Shown: positions 29,170 to 41,019, counted from the first letter of the stretch. The stretch is DNA of 64,000 bases from a candidate division FCPU426 bacterium (GCA_963840035.1 CAWIXE010000002.1:672001-736000); one strand, 5' to 3'. Program-made: numbers and translations. The notes: a model not told the origin generated them from the letters alone.

Positions 29170-31254
29170 ATGTCAAAAAAACAGGAACCTATGAGCCAGC
29201 AGGATGGCGATTTTGAAAAGAAGATAATCAAATTAAAGCTGGTTCATTATATATCGGTTGAAATGAACAAGCCGCATTCCACAAAAGACCTCCTGACGCT
29301 TATACTTGAGCGCTGTCTTGAGTTAACCGGCGCTAAAACCGGAAGCGTAATGCTCATAGATGAAAAGGACCAGGTTCTGGATATAGTGGCTTTTAAAAAC
29401 CTTCCCATAAAGGCCGCGGAGAGTCCCAGGCTTAAACTCGGCGAGGGCGTTACGGGCTGGGTGGCGCAGACAGGAAATCCCAAACTGATAAATAACACCA
29501 GGCAGGACCCGATATATGTAAAAGTAAGGGAAGATCTTTTATCCGAACTTGCTGTCCCGATAAAAACTGAGAACAGGGTCATAGGCGTTATCAGCGTCGA
29601 CTCAAATAAGCAAAACGCGTTTACCGAGGATGACCTGGAGCTTTTAATAATGGTGGCTGAACTCGCGGCGCAGATTATTACCAAGGACCTTATACAGGAA
29701 CGTTTAAGCTCCAAAATACTTTCACAGGAGATATTAATAGATACTTTCCATATAATAGAACAGGAAGAATCCTTGAATGAGGTTTTCAACAAGGTTATGG
29801 AAGTGTTAAAGGGTAAAATGGGAATCCTGCGCGGCATGCTTGTGCTTTTTGACAAGGAAAATCCTGATTCGCTGAAAATTTACAGCGGTTATAAAATCAG
29901 CGAGGACGCCATAAAGAACGGCGTTTATAAGATTGGTGAAGGTATCATTGGAAACACGGTGTTAAAAGGGCAGACAATAGCCGTGGAAGATGTTACAAAG
30001 GACCCGAATTATTTAAACAAGCTGAAGATTCACAGGCAGGAAAAGAACTCGATTGTAGCCGCGCCAATCAAGGCGGGGCCGCGCGTGCTCGGCGTCCTTG
30101 AAATAGAAAAGGTTTTTGACGAGAAGGAGCACTTTCAGGATGGCGTTGATACCATCACTCTGCTTGCGTCCCTTATCGCGTACAGGGTAAGGAGCTTCCA
30201 GCGCCAGCAGGATGAAACGCAGAAACTTATAAGCGAAAATATCGAGCTGCGTAAAGAATTAAAAAAGGAATACAGCTTTAAAAATATTATCGGCAAGAAT
30301 GAGCAGGTAAGGAAAATACTGGAGCAGGTAAAAACGGTATCCAATACAACCGCGCCGGTGCTTATTACAGGGGAAACCGGGACAGGCAAGGAACTAATAG
30401 CTAAAATTACTCATTTTTTAAGCGACAGGCGCGAGAATAAGTTCATAAGCGTGAACTGCGCCGCAATCCCCGAGAATCTGCTGGAATCAGAACTCTTTGG
30501 CTATGAAAAAGGGGCGTTTACAGGGGCGGCCGGAAATAAAAAAGGAAAGTTTGAGCTGGCTGATAAAGGAACCCTGTTCCTTGATGAGATAGCTGAAATG
30601 CCGCTGCAGCTCCAGTCAAAGATACTGCGCGCGCTGCAGGAAAAAGAAATAGAGCCGCTGGGCAGCGAGAAAACGACAAAAGTGGACATACGCATAATAG
30701 CGGCCACGAATAAGGATTTAAAAAAGCTCGTGGATGACGGGAAGTTCAGGGCGGACCTGTTCTTCAGGCTAAATGTCATAAGCGTGCACATGCCGCCGCT
30801 GCGCGAGCGCAATGACGACATGCCCCTGCTTGTGGATTTTTTCATAAAAAGGTATAATGAACTGTATAATAAACAGGTGGCGGGCATAGATAAAAGCGTC
30901 GATGAAATATTTAAGAACTACCAGTGGCCCGGCAACATCAGGGAACTGGAAAATGTCATTGAACGGGCTGTTATTATGGCAAAAGGGAGCCTGATAGACA
31001 TATCGCTTATTCCTGACGCCATAAATCCCGCAAAGAACAAAGATGAAGGGTTCAATATCAGGAATTACATAAAGATAGAGGCAAAGAAAAAAGCCGATGG
31101 AAGCATATACAAGGAAGTAATAGGCGCGCTTGAAAAGTCGCTGATAGAGGAGCTGCTTGTTGAAACAGGAAACAACAAACTGCAGACAGCCGTAAAGCTC
31201 GGGATAAACAGAAATACGTTAAAGTCGAAAATGAAGGAATATGGGATAAATTAA
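29170..31254 (+). CDS. sigma-54 enhancer-binding protein, GAF-GAF-AAA+-HTH (NifA-like architecture)
   Basis: Two GAF domains, GETGTGKE, ESELFG-x-EKGAFTGA, FLDEI, WPGNIRELEN and a Fis-type HTH; start 29146 or 29170. Confidence 0.93.
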   Translation: MSKKQEPMSQQDGDFEKKIIKLKLVHYISVEMNKPHSTKDLLTLILERCLELTGAKTGSVMLIDEKDQVLDIVAFKNLPIKAAESPRLKLGEGVTGWVAQTGNPKLINNTRQDPIYVKVREDLLSELAVPIKTENRVIGVISVDSNKQNAFTEDDLELLIMVAELAAQIITKDLIQERLSSKILSQEILIDTFHIIEQEESLNEVFNKVMEVLKGKMGILRGMLVLFDKENPDSLKIYSGYKISEDAIKNGVYKIGEGIIGNTVLKGQTIAVEDVTKDPNYLNKLKIHRQEKNSIVAAPIKAGPRVLGVLEIEKVFDEKEHFQDGVDTITLLASLIAYRVRSFQRQQDETQKLISENIELRKELKKEYSFKNIIGKNEQVRKILEQVKTVSNTTAPVLITGETGTGKELIAKITHFLSDRRENKFISVNCAAIPENLLESELFGYEKGAFTGAAGNKKGKFELADKGTLFLDEIAEMPLQLQSKILRALQEKEIEPLGSEKTTKVDIRIIAATNKDLKKLVDDGKFRADLFFRLNVISVHMPPLRERNDDMPLLVDFFIKRYNELYNKQVAGIDKSVDEIFKNYQWPGNIRELENVIERAVIMAKGSLIDISLIPDAINPAKNKDEGFNIRNYIKIEAKKKADGSIYKEVIGALEKSLIEELLVETGNNKLQTAVKLGINRNTLKSKMKEYGIN

Positions 31255-31478
31255 GGCAATCACAAAGCCCAAATCACAAATCCCAAAGATTTTCGTAGAG
31301 CCGCTGCTTGCTGCGGCTCAGGGCTGGAAATTAGTAGTCGCAGGCCTGCGTGTTATCGGCCTGCGCCTAGTTTAGTAATGGATATACGCAAACGTAAGAA
31401 CGTTCAAACCACTTTTACAATGCGAAGGCGCTAGCGGATATAAAAAATAATTTTAAAACAACTTGTTTGGAGGGAAGA

Positions 31479-32360
31479 ATGAACAGAAAAAATATTGTGG
31501 TTTGTATTCTTGTCCTTATGTCATTATTCATATTTACGGCCGCGACTAAGGCGAAGGCGGCGAAGACACCGAAGCCTACCGTCGCAAGCCTTACAAAACA
31601 GCTTAAAGCCGCTAATGATACAATAGCCGAGATTGAAGCCAAGAACACGTCTATAACGGCCAGGGTAACAGCGCTTGAAACCGATATTAAGAAGATGAAA
31701 AAGGATTCGGATACAAAATTTTTAATAACTGCCGGATCCGGCGCGGGTGCGGTTGTAATATGTCTCATAATAATAGCCGGGATGATAGGGGCAAAGCAGG
31801 GTTCCGGTAAAAAGAAAAAGTCTTCGGCAGTTCCTACGGTTGAAGAACACTTTAATGATATTGAATATCACGTAATGGATGACTGGCACAATATTTTTTA
31901 CCACCCGGAGAGGATAAATGTGGCTTTATACGACGATATGAAGAACCATTTCCCCGGGCTTTATAATGATATAGAAAAATGGAAAGCGGACATACAGAAA
32001 CGCGACAATAACGTGATTGATATGATAAAAGCACTTACTGAAAGGTTCAAAGGCATTGAAACAACCGCTTCAATACACCTTTTATCAGTCCCTGAGAACG
32101 AGCCTTTTATAGAAGATAACGAAATTGCCATAGGCTCATTCATCTGCGCGCATGTAAAAGAGGGGTTCGCGTCGGACCATACCCTTATGCAGTCATATTA
32201 TAACAGCGTCATGAAGATGTTTGAAGGCGAGTTTAAGGAAGTAAAGTCGCTTTCAAACGAAATACTGGACCTAAAGCACACAATAGATATAGAAATACGC
32301 AGGATAAAACACCACAGGAAGCTCGAGGGCGACTGCGGGTATTTACACCCGAAAAACTAA
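31479..32360 (+). CDS. hypothetical membrane protein with signal peptide, coiled coil and one TM helix
   Basis: ORF composition only. Confidence 0.7.
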   Translation: MNRKNIVVCILVLMSLFIFTAATKAKAAKTPKPTVASLTKQLKAANDTIAEIEAKNTSITARVTALETDIKKMKKDSDTKFLITAGSGAGAVVICLIIIAGMIGAKQGSGKKKKSSAVPTVEEHFNDIEYHVMDDWHNIFYHPERINVALYDDMKNHFPGLYNDIEKWKADIQKRDNNVIDMIKALTERFKGIETTASIHLLSVPENEPFIEDNEIAIGSFICAHVKEGFASDHTLMQSYYNSVMKMFEGEFKEVKSLSNEILDLKHTIDIEIRRIKHHRKLEGDCGYLHPKN

Positions 32361-32432
32361 TTTTCAATTTTAGATTTTCTATTTTCAATTTAAAACAAAA
32401 CGCTTTTAATTGAAAATTGAAAATAGAAAATT
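32359..32432. repeat. heptamer-periodic inverted repeat (ATTTTCA/TGAAAAT type)
   Basis: Sibling at 47497-47596. Confidence 0.75.
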
Positions 32433-32549
32433 CATAATCTGCTTTTATGACCATTTGCTTTTCCCCCAATCCTTGTGTATAATTAGTTAGTACTGCCTGG
32501 CCATACTATTCTAAACTTCTAAAAACCCCGTTAATTCATTTGCGTTTAA

Positions 32550-33949
<1,400 letters not shown>

Positions 33950-33950
<1 letters not shown>

Positions 33951-34330
33951 TGCGCCTATCCATTTGCACTACATTTGAAGAAAGGGATATTGATAACGTA
34001 ATAAAGATAATCGCGGATGGCGCCGGAGGAAAATTCTGCATACTGCCGAAGCATATTGACATATGCAGGTCCCTTGAGCCGTGCGTCCTGGCGTATACGC
34101 TCTCATCCGCTGAAACTTTTTATACGGCAATTGACGAGGGGCTGCTCGTAAAAAAGGGTGATACCGTGCAGGTGGCAGTCAAACAGGCGGTTGAAGGAAA
34201 AGGTTTCGGAAGTTTAAGGGAGGCCGTGAAACTGAAATTGTCAACGCTTGATGACGAAGAAAAAAATACGCGCGCAGGGATAGCGAAGATCGAGGCCGAG
34301 TACGCGCGCAGGATAGCGGAGCTGAAATGA
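33950..34330 (+). CDS. atpC: N-ATPase epsilon subunit
   Basis: G-x-FCILPKH and AIDEGLLVK motifs; position after atpD. Confidence 0.88.
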
Positions 34331-34710
34331 GCGGCGGGGATAAATTTTCGGAAGAGATAAATAAAAAAGAGGAAAGAGCGGTCAAGGCAAGGGAAAAAAG
34401 GGGCATGTCAACGCTTCAGTGGATAGGGATGCTCGGCATTATAGGCTGGTCTGTCACAATCCCCTTACTGTTGGGCGTTTTTATCGGAAAGTGGATAGAC
34501 GGTCATTATCCGGGTCCCCGTTCTTTCACTCTTATGTTCCTTTTTGCGGGGCTGGTTACGGGATGCTGGAACGCGTGGTATTGGGTACGAAAGGAAATAA
34601 AAAGAGTCACAAGACCCAAGACCCAGGACCCAAGTCAGGAGAGTCAAATCGTAGATCCCAAGTCACAAATCCCAAATGAAGGCAAAAACAATCAGGAGGG
34701 AGAAAAATGA
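34327..34710 (+). CDS. atpQ: N-ATPase AtpQ (AtpZ/AtpI family)
   Basis: GMLGIIGWSVTIP...G-x-WID...GCWNAW. Confidence 0.85.
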   Translation: MSGGDKFSEEINKKEERAVKAREKRGMSTLQWIGMLGIIGWSVTIPLLLGVFIGKWIDGHYPGPRSFTLMFLFAGLVTGCWNAWYWVRKEIKRVTRPKTQDPSQESQIVDPKSQIPNEGKNNQEGEK

Positions 34711-34997
34711 TGGCTTTAAAGATTATCGGGTCATTACTTGGCGGCGCTGTTGCCGGAGCAGTGTATGTTTGCTTTTTGCATCTTGAGGTCAGAGGCCTTA
34801 CGAAAAGGGGCAGCAGGGGAATGAGTGTAATTATGGGATTTTTTACGCGGATATTTTTAAGCGGAGTCATATTTTACCTTTCCGCCTTAATATGCGGTAT
34901 AGCCGGCATTATATCCTGTACGGCCGGGTTTTTAATATCGCGGAACATAATGATAGGAAGGCTCAGCAGGGTGGCTGATAATGCAGATAAATCCTGA
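34707..34997 (+). CDS. atpR: N-ATPase AtpR-like membrane subunit
   Basis: Three TM helices with intramembrane Arg (FFTRI, GFLISR); operon position. Confidence 0.72.
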   Translation: MMALKIIGSLLGGAVAGAVYVCFLHLEVRGLTKRGSRGMSVIMGFFTRIFLSGVIFYLSALICGIAGIISCTAGFLISRNIMIGRLSRVADNADKS

Positions 34998-35676
34998 CAA
35001 AGTCATAATAGCAAATATAGGCGGGATAGCGCTTAATTCGACCATTGTAAACACGTGGGTGGTAATGGCGGTGCTGGTTACGATATCACTTATCGCGGCG
35101 AAAGGTTATAACACGGCCGGAAAGAACGCCAGGATGAAGGCCGTTATGGAAGAACTGATCATATTCGTCAGGACGCAGGTAAGGCAGATAACAGGCCAGG
35201 ATTATAATCCCATAATACCGTTCCTGGGGACGCTGCTGCTTTTCATATTTACAGCCAATGTGATGGAAGTTGTGCCTTTGTACCACCCTCCCACTTCCTC
35301 GCTTTCAACTACGGCGGCGCTGGCGGTATCCGTGTTTTTTGCGGTTCCTTTTTTTGGAGTAAAGAAAAACGGTCTCGTGCGCTTCCTCCGGGAATACACA
35401 GAACCGTCAATATTAATGCTGCCTTTTAACATATTGGGCGAAATGACGAGAACGGTATCGCTTTCAGTAAGGCTTTTCGGAAATATAATGAGCGAGACGC
35501 TGATCGCGGCTGTGCTGCTGCTTATTGTCCCGATTTTTGTTCCGGTCTTTATGCAGGTATTCAGCCTGTTAATAGGCACAGTCCAGGCTTACATATTTTT
35601 CACGCTCGCGTCAGTATATTTGGGCGCGTCAATTAACGTAAGAGAAAATATAAATCATGGGAAGGAGGTGCGTTAA
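34981..35676 (+). CDS. atpB: ATPase a subunit
   Basis: PPTSSLST and SLSVRLFGN (essential Arg), VQAYIF. Confidence 0.93.
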   Translation: MQINPDKVIIANIGGIALNSTIVNTWVVMAVLVTISLIAAKGYNTAGKNARMKAVMEELIIFVRTQVRQITGQDYNPIIPFLGTLLLFIFTANVMEVVPLYHPPTSSLSTTAALAVSVFFAVPFFGVKKNGLVRFLREYTEPSILMLPFNILGEMTRTVSLSVRLFGNIMSETLIAAVLLLIVPIFVPVFMQVFSLLIGTVQAYIFFTLASVYLGASINVRENINHGKEVR

Positions 35677-35955
35677 ATGGATAACATAACAATTATTGCG
35701 GTTACATCGATTATTACCGCGGGGGCAACGATCGCCATCGGCGTAATGATGCCCGCAATCGGGGAAATGAACGCGATTGCCAAGGCATTGGAAGCCATTG
35801 CCCAACAGCCGGACGAGGCTGACACGCTTTCCAGGAATTTGTTTGTTGGAATCGCGATGATAGAATCGCTGGCGATTTACTGCCTGGTAATTTCAATTAT
35901 TCTTATTTTTACAAACCCGTTCTGGAGTTATATCATAGCTCACGGAGGCAAGTGA
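35677..35955 (+). CDS. atpE: ATPase c subunit (N-type)
   Basis: PAIGE...AQQP...IESLAIY...NPF. Confidence 0.94.
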   Translation: MDNITIIAVTSIITAGATIAIGVMMPAIGEMNAIAKALEAIAQQPDEADTLSRNLFVGIAMIESLAIYCLVISIILIFTNPFWSYIIAHGGK

Positions 35956-35956
35956 C

Positions 35957-36733
35957 ATGGAACTGGATCTATTTACATTCAGCGCGCAGGTCATCAATTT
36001 CATAATACTTGTCGCGCTGCTTAACAGGTTCCTTTTCAAACCTGTCATTAAAGCGGTGGATGAAAGGGAAAAGAGGATGGCTGACCTGTCCGTGGAAGCG
36101 GCCAGGAAGCTGGATGAAGCTGCGCGCCTGGAGTCACAAAATCTGGAGCTTCTGCAAAAAAACAGGGCAGGTACTGAAAGCCTCATGGCTGCGGCCAAGC
36201 GCGAAGCTGATGAAAGCAGGCAGCGGCTGATTTCCACGGCAAAAAGCGATTCTGACACCATGAGGGCGGCGTATGAGCGTTCCATATCAGATGACAGGTC
36301 GGCTTTGACAGGTTTGATGCTAAAAAAAAGCGCGGAGCTGGCCACACAGGCTGCCGCAAAGGCCTTAATTGACCTGGCGGAAAGCTCTTTGGATGAAAAG
36401 ATAACGCTAAAATTCCTGTCAATGATCGGGTCCATGGATGACGCGGCGCGCAAAGCCCTGAAAACGGCGCTGGAAAAATCAGCGGACGGTGTGATTGTGG
36501 CATGTTCGTATGAAATAGTCGCGGCGTATAAGGATAAAATCATAGATTCGATACGATTGGCTTCCGGATATTCTGGAAATGTTATCTTTGAAAATGACGC
36601 GTTTATTCACGGGATAGAGCTCAGGGCCGGCGGCTATAAAACATCGTGGACTTTTGAAGGGTTTACATCCGCGATGGAAGCGATAATAAACCCTGTATTT
36701 GAAAATATAACAGGCGGTAAAAAAAGTGGATGA
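35957..36733 (+). CDS. atpF: ATPase b subunit with fused delta-like C-terminus
   Basis: AQVINF...FLFKPV, coiled coil, GIEL-x-AGG...W ending typical of N-ATPases. Confidence 0.87.
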   Translation: MELDLFTFSAQVINFIILVALLNRFLFKPVIKAVDEREKRMADLSVEAARKLDEAARLESQNLELLQKNRAGTESLMAAAKREADESRQRLISTAKSDSDTMRAAYERSISDDRSALTGLMLKKSAELATQAAAKALIDLAESSLDEKITLKFLSMIGSMDDAARKALKTALEKSADGVIVACSYEIVAAYKDKIIDSIRLASGYSGNVIFENDAFIHGIELRAGGYKTSWTFEGFTSAMEAIINPVFENITGGKKSG

Positions 36734-38264
36734 GATAAAAAATCTGCAGGCGCAAAAAGCCATCACAGACGCGTTCCGGGCGGCCGGCGCGGCCCTGGAA
36801 AGTTCAAAGTACGCGCTTGAAATAAGCGAGACAGGTATTGTTACCAAAAGCGGCAGGGGTGTTGCGAAGGTAAGCGGCCTGCCCGGCGCGGGTTCTGAAG
36901 AGATGCTTATATTTAATGGCGGCGCCGCAGGCATGGTATTTAACCTTGAGCCGGACAGCCTTGATGTGATACTGCTCGACAGCGGTGAGGTCATAAGCGC
37001 GGGAACTGAAGTCAGACGCACGGGGCGTGTCATGGATGTTCCGGTGGGTGAGGAGTTATTGGGAAGAGTCATTAACCCGCTGGGTTTACCGCTTGATAAA
37101 GGCGGCCAGATAGAGGTTAATAAGCGCCTTCCCATCGAAAGGCCCGCCCCTGCCATCATAGACAGGGAGCCCGTGGAAAGACCGCTTCAGACCGGTATCC
37201 TGGCCGTGGACGCGCTGATACCCGTCGGAAAGGGGCAGAGGGAGCTTATTATAGGGGACAGGCAAACCGGAAAGACAGCCATGGCGCTTGATACAATAAT
37301 TAATCAGAAAGGAAAGGATGTTATATGCGTTTACTGTTCCATAGGTCAGCAGAGCTCTGGGACGGCGAGGCTCATTGATAACCTCAAAAAATATGGCGCA
37401 ATGCCATATACAATAGTGGTCGCCGCGACCGGGGATGATACGCCGGGTATGAATTACATTGCTCCGTACGCCGCAACCACAATGGCGGAGTATTTCATGG
37501 AAAAGGGCAAAGACGTGCTTATTATTTACGATGACCTGAGCAGGCACGCGCGTTCATACAGGGAACTCTCGCTGTTAATGCGCAGGCCGCCGGCAAGGGA
37601 GGCTTATCCCGGTGATATTTTTTACATTCATTCAAGGCTTCTGGAACGCTCCACACACCTTGTAAAATCAAAAAACGGGGGCTCCCTTACCGCGCTTCCG
37701 ATCGTTGAGACAGAAGCTCAGAACATCGCCGCCTACATACCAACAAACCTTGTATCCATAACAGACGGACAGATATACTTATCGCCAAAACTCCAGCAGG
37801 ACGCCATAATGCCCGCGGTGGACGTTGGAAAGTCGGTATCGCGTGTAGGCGGCCAGGCACAGATAAACGCCTATAGGGACATAGCAGGCGATCTGAGGCT
37901 CCTGTATACACAGTTTGAGGAGCTTGAAGTATTCGAGCGGTTCTCAACCCGGCTCGACCAGTCCACAAAGGACTCGCTTGAGCGCGGACACCGGATAAGG
38001 GAAGTGTTGAAACAGGCTCAGTACGCGCCCGCGGATGTTTTTTCCCAGATAACGGTGCTGTTATGCGTGACATCAGGTGTTTTTGACGCCGTACCCGCAG
38101 GTAAAACAGGCGAAGCCGCGGCAATAATCATGAAGCTCGCGCTCACATCCATGCCCGTGTACAGGCAAAACGCTGAAAATGGCCTTAAGTTATCGCCTGA
38201 AGAAAAAAACGATATAAAAAGGATATCGGCGGAATCAATAAAACACCTGGCCACGGGGGTGTAA
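36726..38264 (+). CDS. atpA: ATPase alpha subunit
   Basis: [26 protein letters not shown] and ITDGQI motifs. Confidence 0.96.
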   Translation: MDEIKNLQAQKAITDAFRAAGAALESSKYALEISETGIVTKSGRGVAKVSGLPGAGSEEMLIFNGGAAGMVFNLEPDSLDVILLDSGEVISAGTEVRRTGRVMDVPVGEELLGRVINPLGLPLDKGGQIEVNKRLPIERPAPAIIDREPVERPLQTGILAVDALIPVGKGQRELIIGDRQTGKTAMALDTIINQKGKDVICVYCSIGQQSSGTARLIDNLKKYGAMPYTIVVAATGDDTPGMNYIAPYAATTMAEYFMEKGKDVLIIYDDLSRHARSYRELSLLMRRPPAREAYPGDIFYIHSRLLERSTHLVKSKNGGSLTALPIVETEAQNIAAYIPTNLVSITDGQIYLSPKLQQDAIMPAVDVGKSVSRVGGQAQINAYRDIAGDLRLLYTQFEELEVFERFSTRLDQSTKDSLERGHRIREVLKQAQYAPADVFSQITVLLCVTSGVFDAVPAGKTGEAAAIIMKLALTSMPVYRQNAENGLKLSPEEKNDIKRISAESIKHLATGV

Positions 38265-38265
38265 A

Positions 38266-39156
38266 GTGGAATCAATGGAAATCCTGAAAAGAAAGATAAA
38301 AGGGGCTCAGTCATTGCATTCCATAACAAGGACCATGAAAATACTCGCGGCAGTATCCCTGAGGCAGTATGAAAAAACACTCAGGGCAATAAACGGTTAC
38401 AATGACATTATAGAAAAGGGTTTCACTGTAGCGATGCGGTCCCTTGATGACGGGGATATTTTTACGCAAAAAATGAGTGGATTGGATATTTCTAAGTCAG
38501 CAATCGCGGTTTTCGGAACTGATCTTGGCATGTGCGGCCGTTTCAATGATCAAATAGCTGAATTTGTTTCTACAAAGGTCAAGGCGGGGAATTTTAGCAA
38601 GCCGGAAATCATGATAATAGGGGAAAAACTTGCGAATAAAATGGACGATGCCGGCCTTAAGGCCGGATCTGTACTTGATTTTCCGTCAGGCATATCATCG
38701 GGTCTGACGCCGCTTTTGAATTCGATCACAATAATACTCCAGGATTGGTACCTTAAAAACGGCATTAACAGGATACTTCTGGCATACAACAGCCCTGAAA
38801 TCGGCGGGTTCAGTTATGCTCCAAAAATAGTCGAGATACTTCCGCTTGGGACAGGATTTATGGACGGATTAAGAAAACAGGAGTGGAAATCAAATTCGCT
38901 TCCTGTAATAAAAGAGGATTTCAGTGCGCTTTTTGACAAGCTCATACTTCAATATATTTACATTAATCTGCGCGCTGCAATTGCCGCCTCGATAACCAGT
39001 GAGAACGCGGCGAGACTTTCGGCCATGCAGGCAGCCGAAAAAAATATCGAAGAGCACCTTGACAATCTGAACCTTGAATATAACCAGGAACGCCAGAACA
39101 TGATAACCTCGGAAATACTCGACATAATAGCCGGTTTTGAAACGGTTACTGCTTAA
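38266..39156 (+). CDS. atpG: ATPase gamma subunit
   Basis: ITRTMK, D-x-GMCG-x-FN, SENAARL-x-AM and RQ-x-x-IT-x-EI motifs. Confidence 0.93.
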   Translation: MESMEILKRKIKGAQSLHSITRTMKILAAVSLRQYEKTLRAINGYNDIIEKGFTVAMRSLDDGDIFTQKMSGLDISKSAIAVFGTDLGMCGRFNDQIAEFVSTKVKAGNFSKPEIMIIGEKLANKMDDAGLKAGSVLDFPSGISSGLTPLLNSITIILQDWYLKNGINRILLAYNSPEIGGFSYAPKIVEILPLGTGFMDGLRKQEWKSNSLPVIKEDFSALFDKLILQYIYINLRAAIAASITSENAARLSAMQAAEKNIEEHLDNLNLEYNQERQNMITSEILDIIAGFETVTA

Positions 39157-39239
39157 ATAACTAAAAACTTGACTTCCGGTCGGGAGCCTGCTATAATCCT
39201 ACTAAAGAGATAGCAATTAAACCGACACTGGAGGATTAA

Positions 39240-40043
39240 ATGAAAAAAACATGGGTGGTTTATTTAGTTGCAGTTTTTTTAACAGCGTCATTATTGTCAT
39301 TTACCGGCTGCGGCTCGAGTCCGTCAGCGCCCGCTGACCCAACACCGGTGCCGACAGTCAGCGTTACAGGGAACCTTAACCTTCCAGGCGCGCAGAATGG
39401 AAAGGCATTTAAAGTATCCTATTACAGCTCGCTATCCGATTTAAGCAACCCTGTAAACTCTCTTTCCGGCACATGCGGCGCATCTGCAACAGTGCCGTAT
39501 TCGCTCACAGTAAGCGCCGGCAGTTATTACATCACGGCGGTAGTTGACGTGGACAGCAATACGTTTTTCTTTTCACCCAACGCGGGCGATTACCTGGGAG
39601 TGTACGGTACGACATGGCCGGTATGGCCGGGTTCAAAGAACGCGGCAGTGTCATCAGGAAGTTCTTCATTTGACGTTAATCTTGTCACCGCTTCAAATAA
39701 CCTCTCAGGCACTATTACAATACCGGCGGACCAGGCAGGAAAGCAATATTGGGTGCTGGTTGACCAGGATACAAACGGCGGAAATTCAAATTACGCCGCC
39801 CTGCAGATGGGGAACCTGCCTTCAGGCACGGCAATACCTTTTGCTGTAGTTGTAATGGTGCCGGGAACATACTATCTTTACGGCGGAGTTAATATGGATT
39901 CAAGCGGGCCGCCCGTTACGGGGGATTACATCGGTTTTTACGGGGTTTCATCGCCTCCATATTATAATTCACCAGCATCACCGAACCTTACCATAGATGT
40001 GGCAGCGTCTGATGTAAAAAATTTCTCTGAAAGCATTTATTGA
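39240..40043 (+). CDS. lipoprotein with two repeated beta-sandwich-like domains
   Basis: Lipobox FTGC, Pro/Thr linker, duplicated G-x-YY and GDY-x-G-x-YG motifs. Confidence 0.75.
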   Translation: MKKTWVVYLVAVFLTASLLSFTGCGSSPSAPADPTPVPTVSVTGNLNLPGAQNGKAFKVSYYSSLSDLSNPVNSLSGTCGASATVPYSLTVSAGSYYITAVVDVDSNTFFFSPNAGDYLGVYGTTWPVWPGSKNAAVSSGSSSFDVNLVTASNNLSGTITIPADQAGKQYWVLVDQDTNGGNSNYAALQMGNLPSGTAIPFAVVVMVPGTYYLYGGVNMDSSGPPVTGDYIGFYGVSSPPYYNSPASPNLTIDVAASDVKNFSESIY

Positions 40044-40079
40044 TTTAAATAATACCGGCAAGTATAACCGGAGGTGTGT

Positions 40080-40376
40080 ATGGCTAAAATGAATTGCTGG
40101 GAGTTTAAGAAGTGCGGAAGGCAGTATGGCGGGGAAAAATCAAAAGAACTGGGAGTTTGTCCCGCGGCTTTAAGCAACAGGTTTGACAAGATACACGGCG
40201 GCTCGAAAAGCGGCAGGGCATGCTGGGTACTTGCGGGGACCCTGTGCGGAGGAGTAGTGCAGGGAACATTCGCGCATAAAATGGGTAATTGCATGGCCTG
40301 TGAGTTCTATAAACTGGTAAGAAATGAAGAAGGCAAGGAATTTGTAATGTCCTCAGTTCTTCTAAATCATAAATAG
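40080..40376 (+). CDS. small Cys-rich protein (two-CW-domain-like), copy 1
   Basis: NCWEFKKCGR...CPA...GRACW...GTLC...CMACEFY; GGAGGTG RBS. Confidence 0.8.
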   Translation: MAKMNCWEFKKCGRQYGGEKSKELGVCPAALSNRFDKIHGGSKSGRACWVLAGTLCGGVVQGTFAHKMGNCMACEFYKLVRNEEGKEFVMSSVLLNHK

Positions 40377-40396
40377 GCTCAGGAGGTGGCAGAAGG

Positions 40397-40696
40397 ATGG
40401 TTAAAATTAACTGCTGGGAGTTTAAGAAGTGCGGAAGGCAGCCGGGCGGGGAAAATGTGGCGGATTTTGGATTGTGCGCCGCTGCAACAACTGAAATCAT
40501 GGACGGAGTGCATGGCGGCGTAAAAGCAGGCAGGGCTTGCTTTGCGGTGGTTGGTACGCCGTGTGGTGAATTAAAAACAGCTGAGAATGCGACACACGGA
40601 ACGCATAACTGCATATCCTGCAGTTTTTATCATATGCTTAAGAACGAAGAAGGGCAGGAATTTATAACGGCCAGGGATTTATTGGCGTTGTATTAG
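40397..40696 (+). CDS. small Cys-rich protein (two-CW-domain-like), copy 2
   Basis: Tandem paralog: NCWEFKKCGR...GRACF...CISCSFY. Confidence 0.8.
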   Translation: MVKINCWEFKKCGRQPGGENVADFGLCAAATTEIMDGVHGGVKAGRACFAVVGTPCGELKTAENATHGTHNCISCSFYHMLKNEEGQEFITARDLLALY

Positions 40697-40706
40697 TAAT
40701 CATTTT

Positions 40707-40821
40707 TTCGTAGGGGCGAGCCGGTGGCTCGCCCGGGTTTAGATCTAAGGCTCCGGGTTTAGATCTAAGGCTTCCGGGTTTAGATCTAAGGCCGGGCGAG
40801 CCACCGGCTCGCCCCTACGAA
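40707..40821. repeat. inverted GTAG-REP pair enclosing three tandem 20-21 bp units
   Basis: TTCGTAGGGGCGAGCCGGTGGCTCGCCCGG ... CCGGGCGAGCCACCGGCTCGCCCCTACGAA; inner CCGGGTTTAGATCTAAGGC x3. Confidence 0.88.
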
Positions 40822-40890
40822 TAACAAAAACAGTGTAAAACAAAACAGAAATATAAAAAATCAAACACAACATAAAGCTTATAAAAATCA

Positions 40891-40924
40891 AAAAAGGGCG
40901 ATGAATTTTCATCGCCCTTTTTCT
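40891..40924. terminator. bidirectional intrinsic terminator
   Basis: AAAAAGGGCGATGAA-TT-TTCATCGCCCTTTTT. Confidence 0.8.
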
Positions 40925-41019
40925 TTGTGCGCAAAAGGGGAATTGCTTATAAAAGCATAATTACCAATAGAGACAGAAAGACATAAGCCGTTAAGCGTTT
41001 AACAAAAACGGCAAAAAAT

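Noticed and set aside
29170..31254. Calling the activator nifA, implying nitrogen fixation
   Set aside because: It has two GAF domains, no nif genes are in the window, and the candidate binding boxes differ from TGT-N10-ACA
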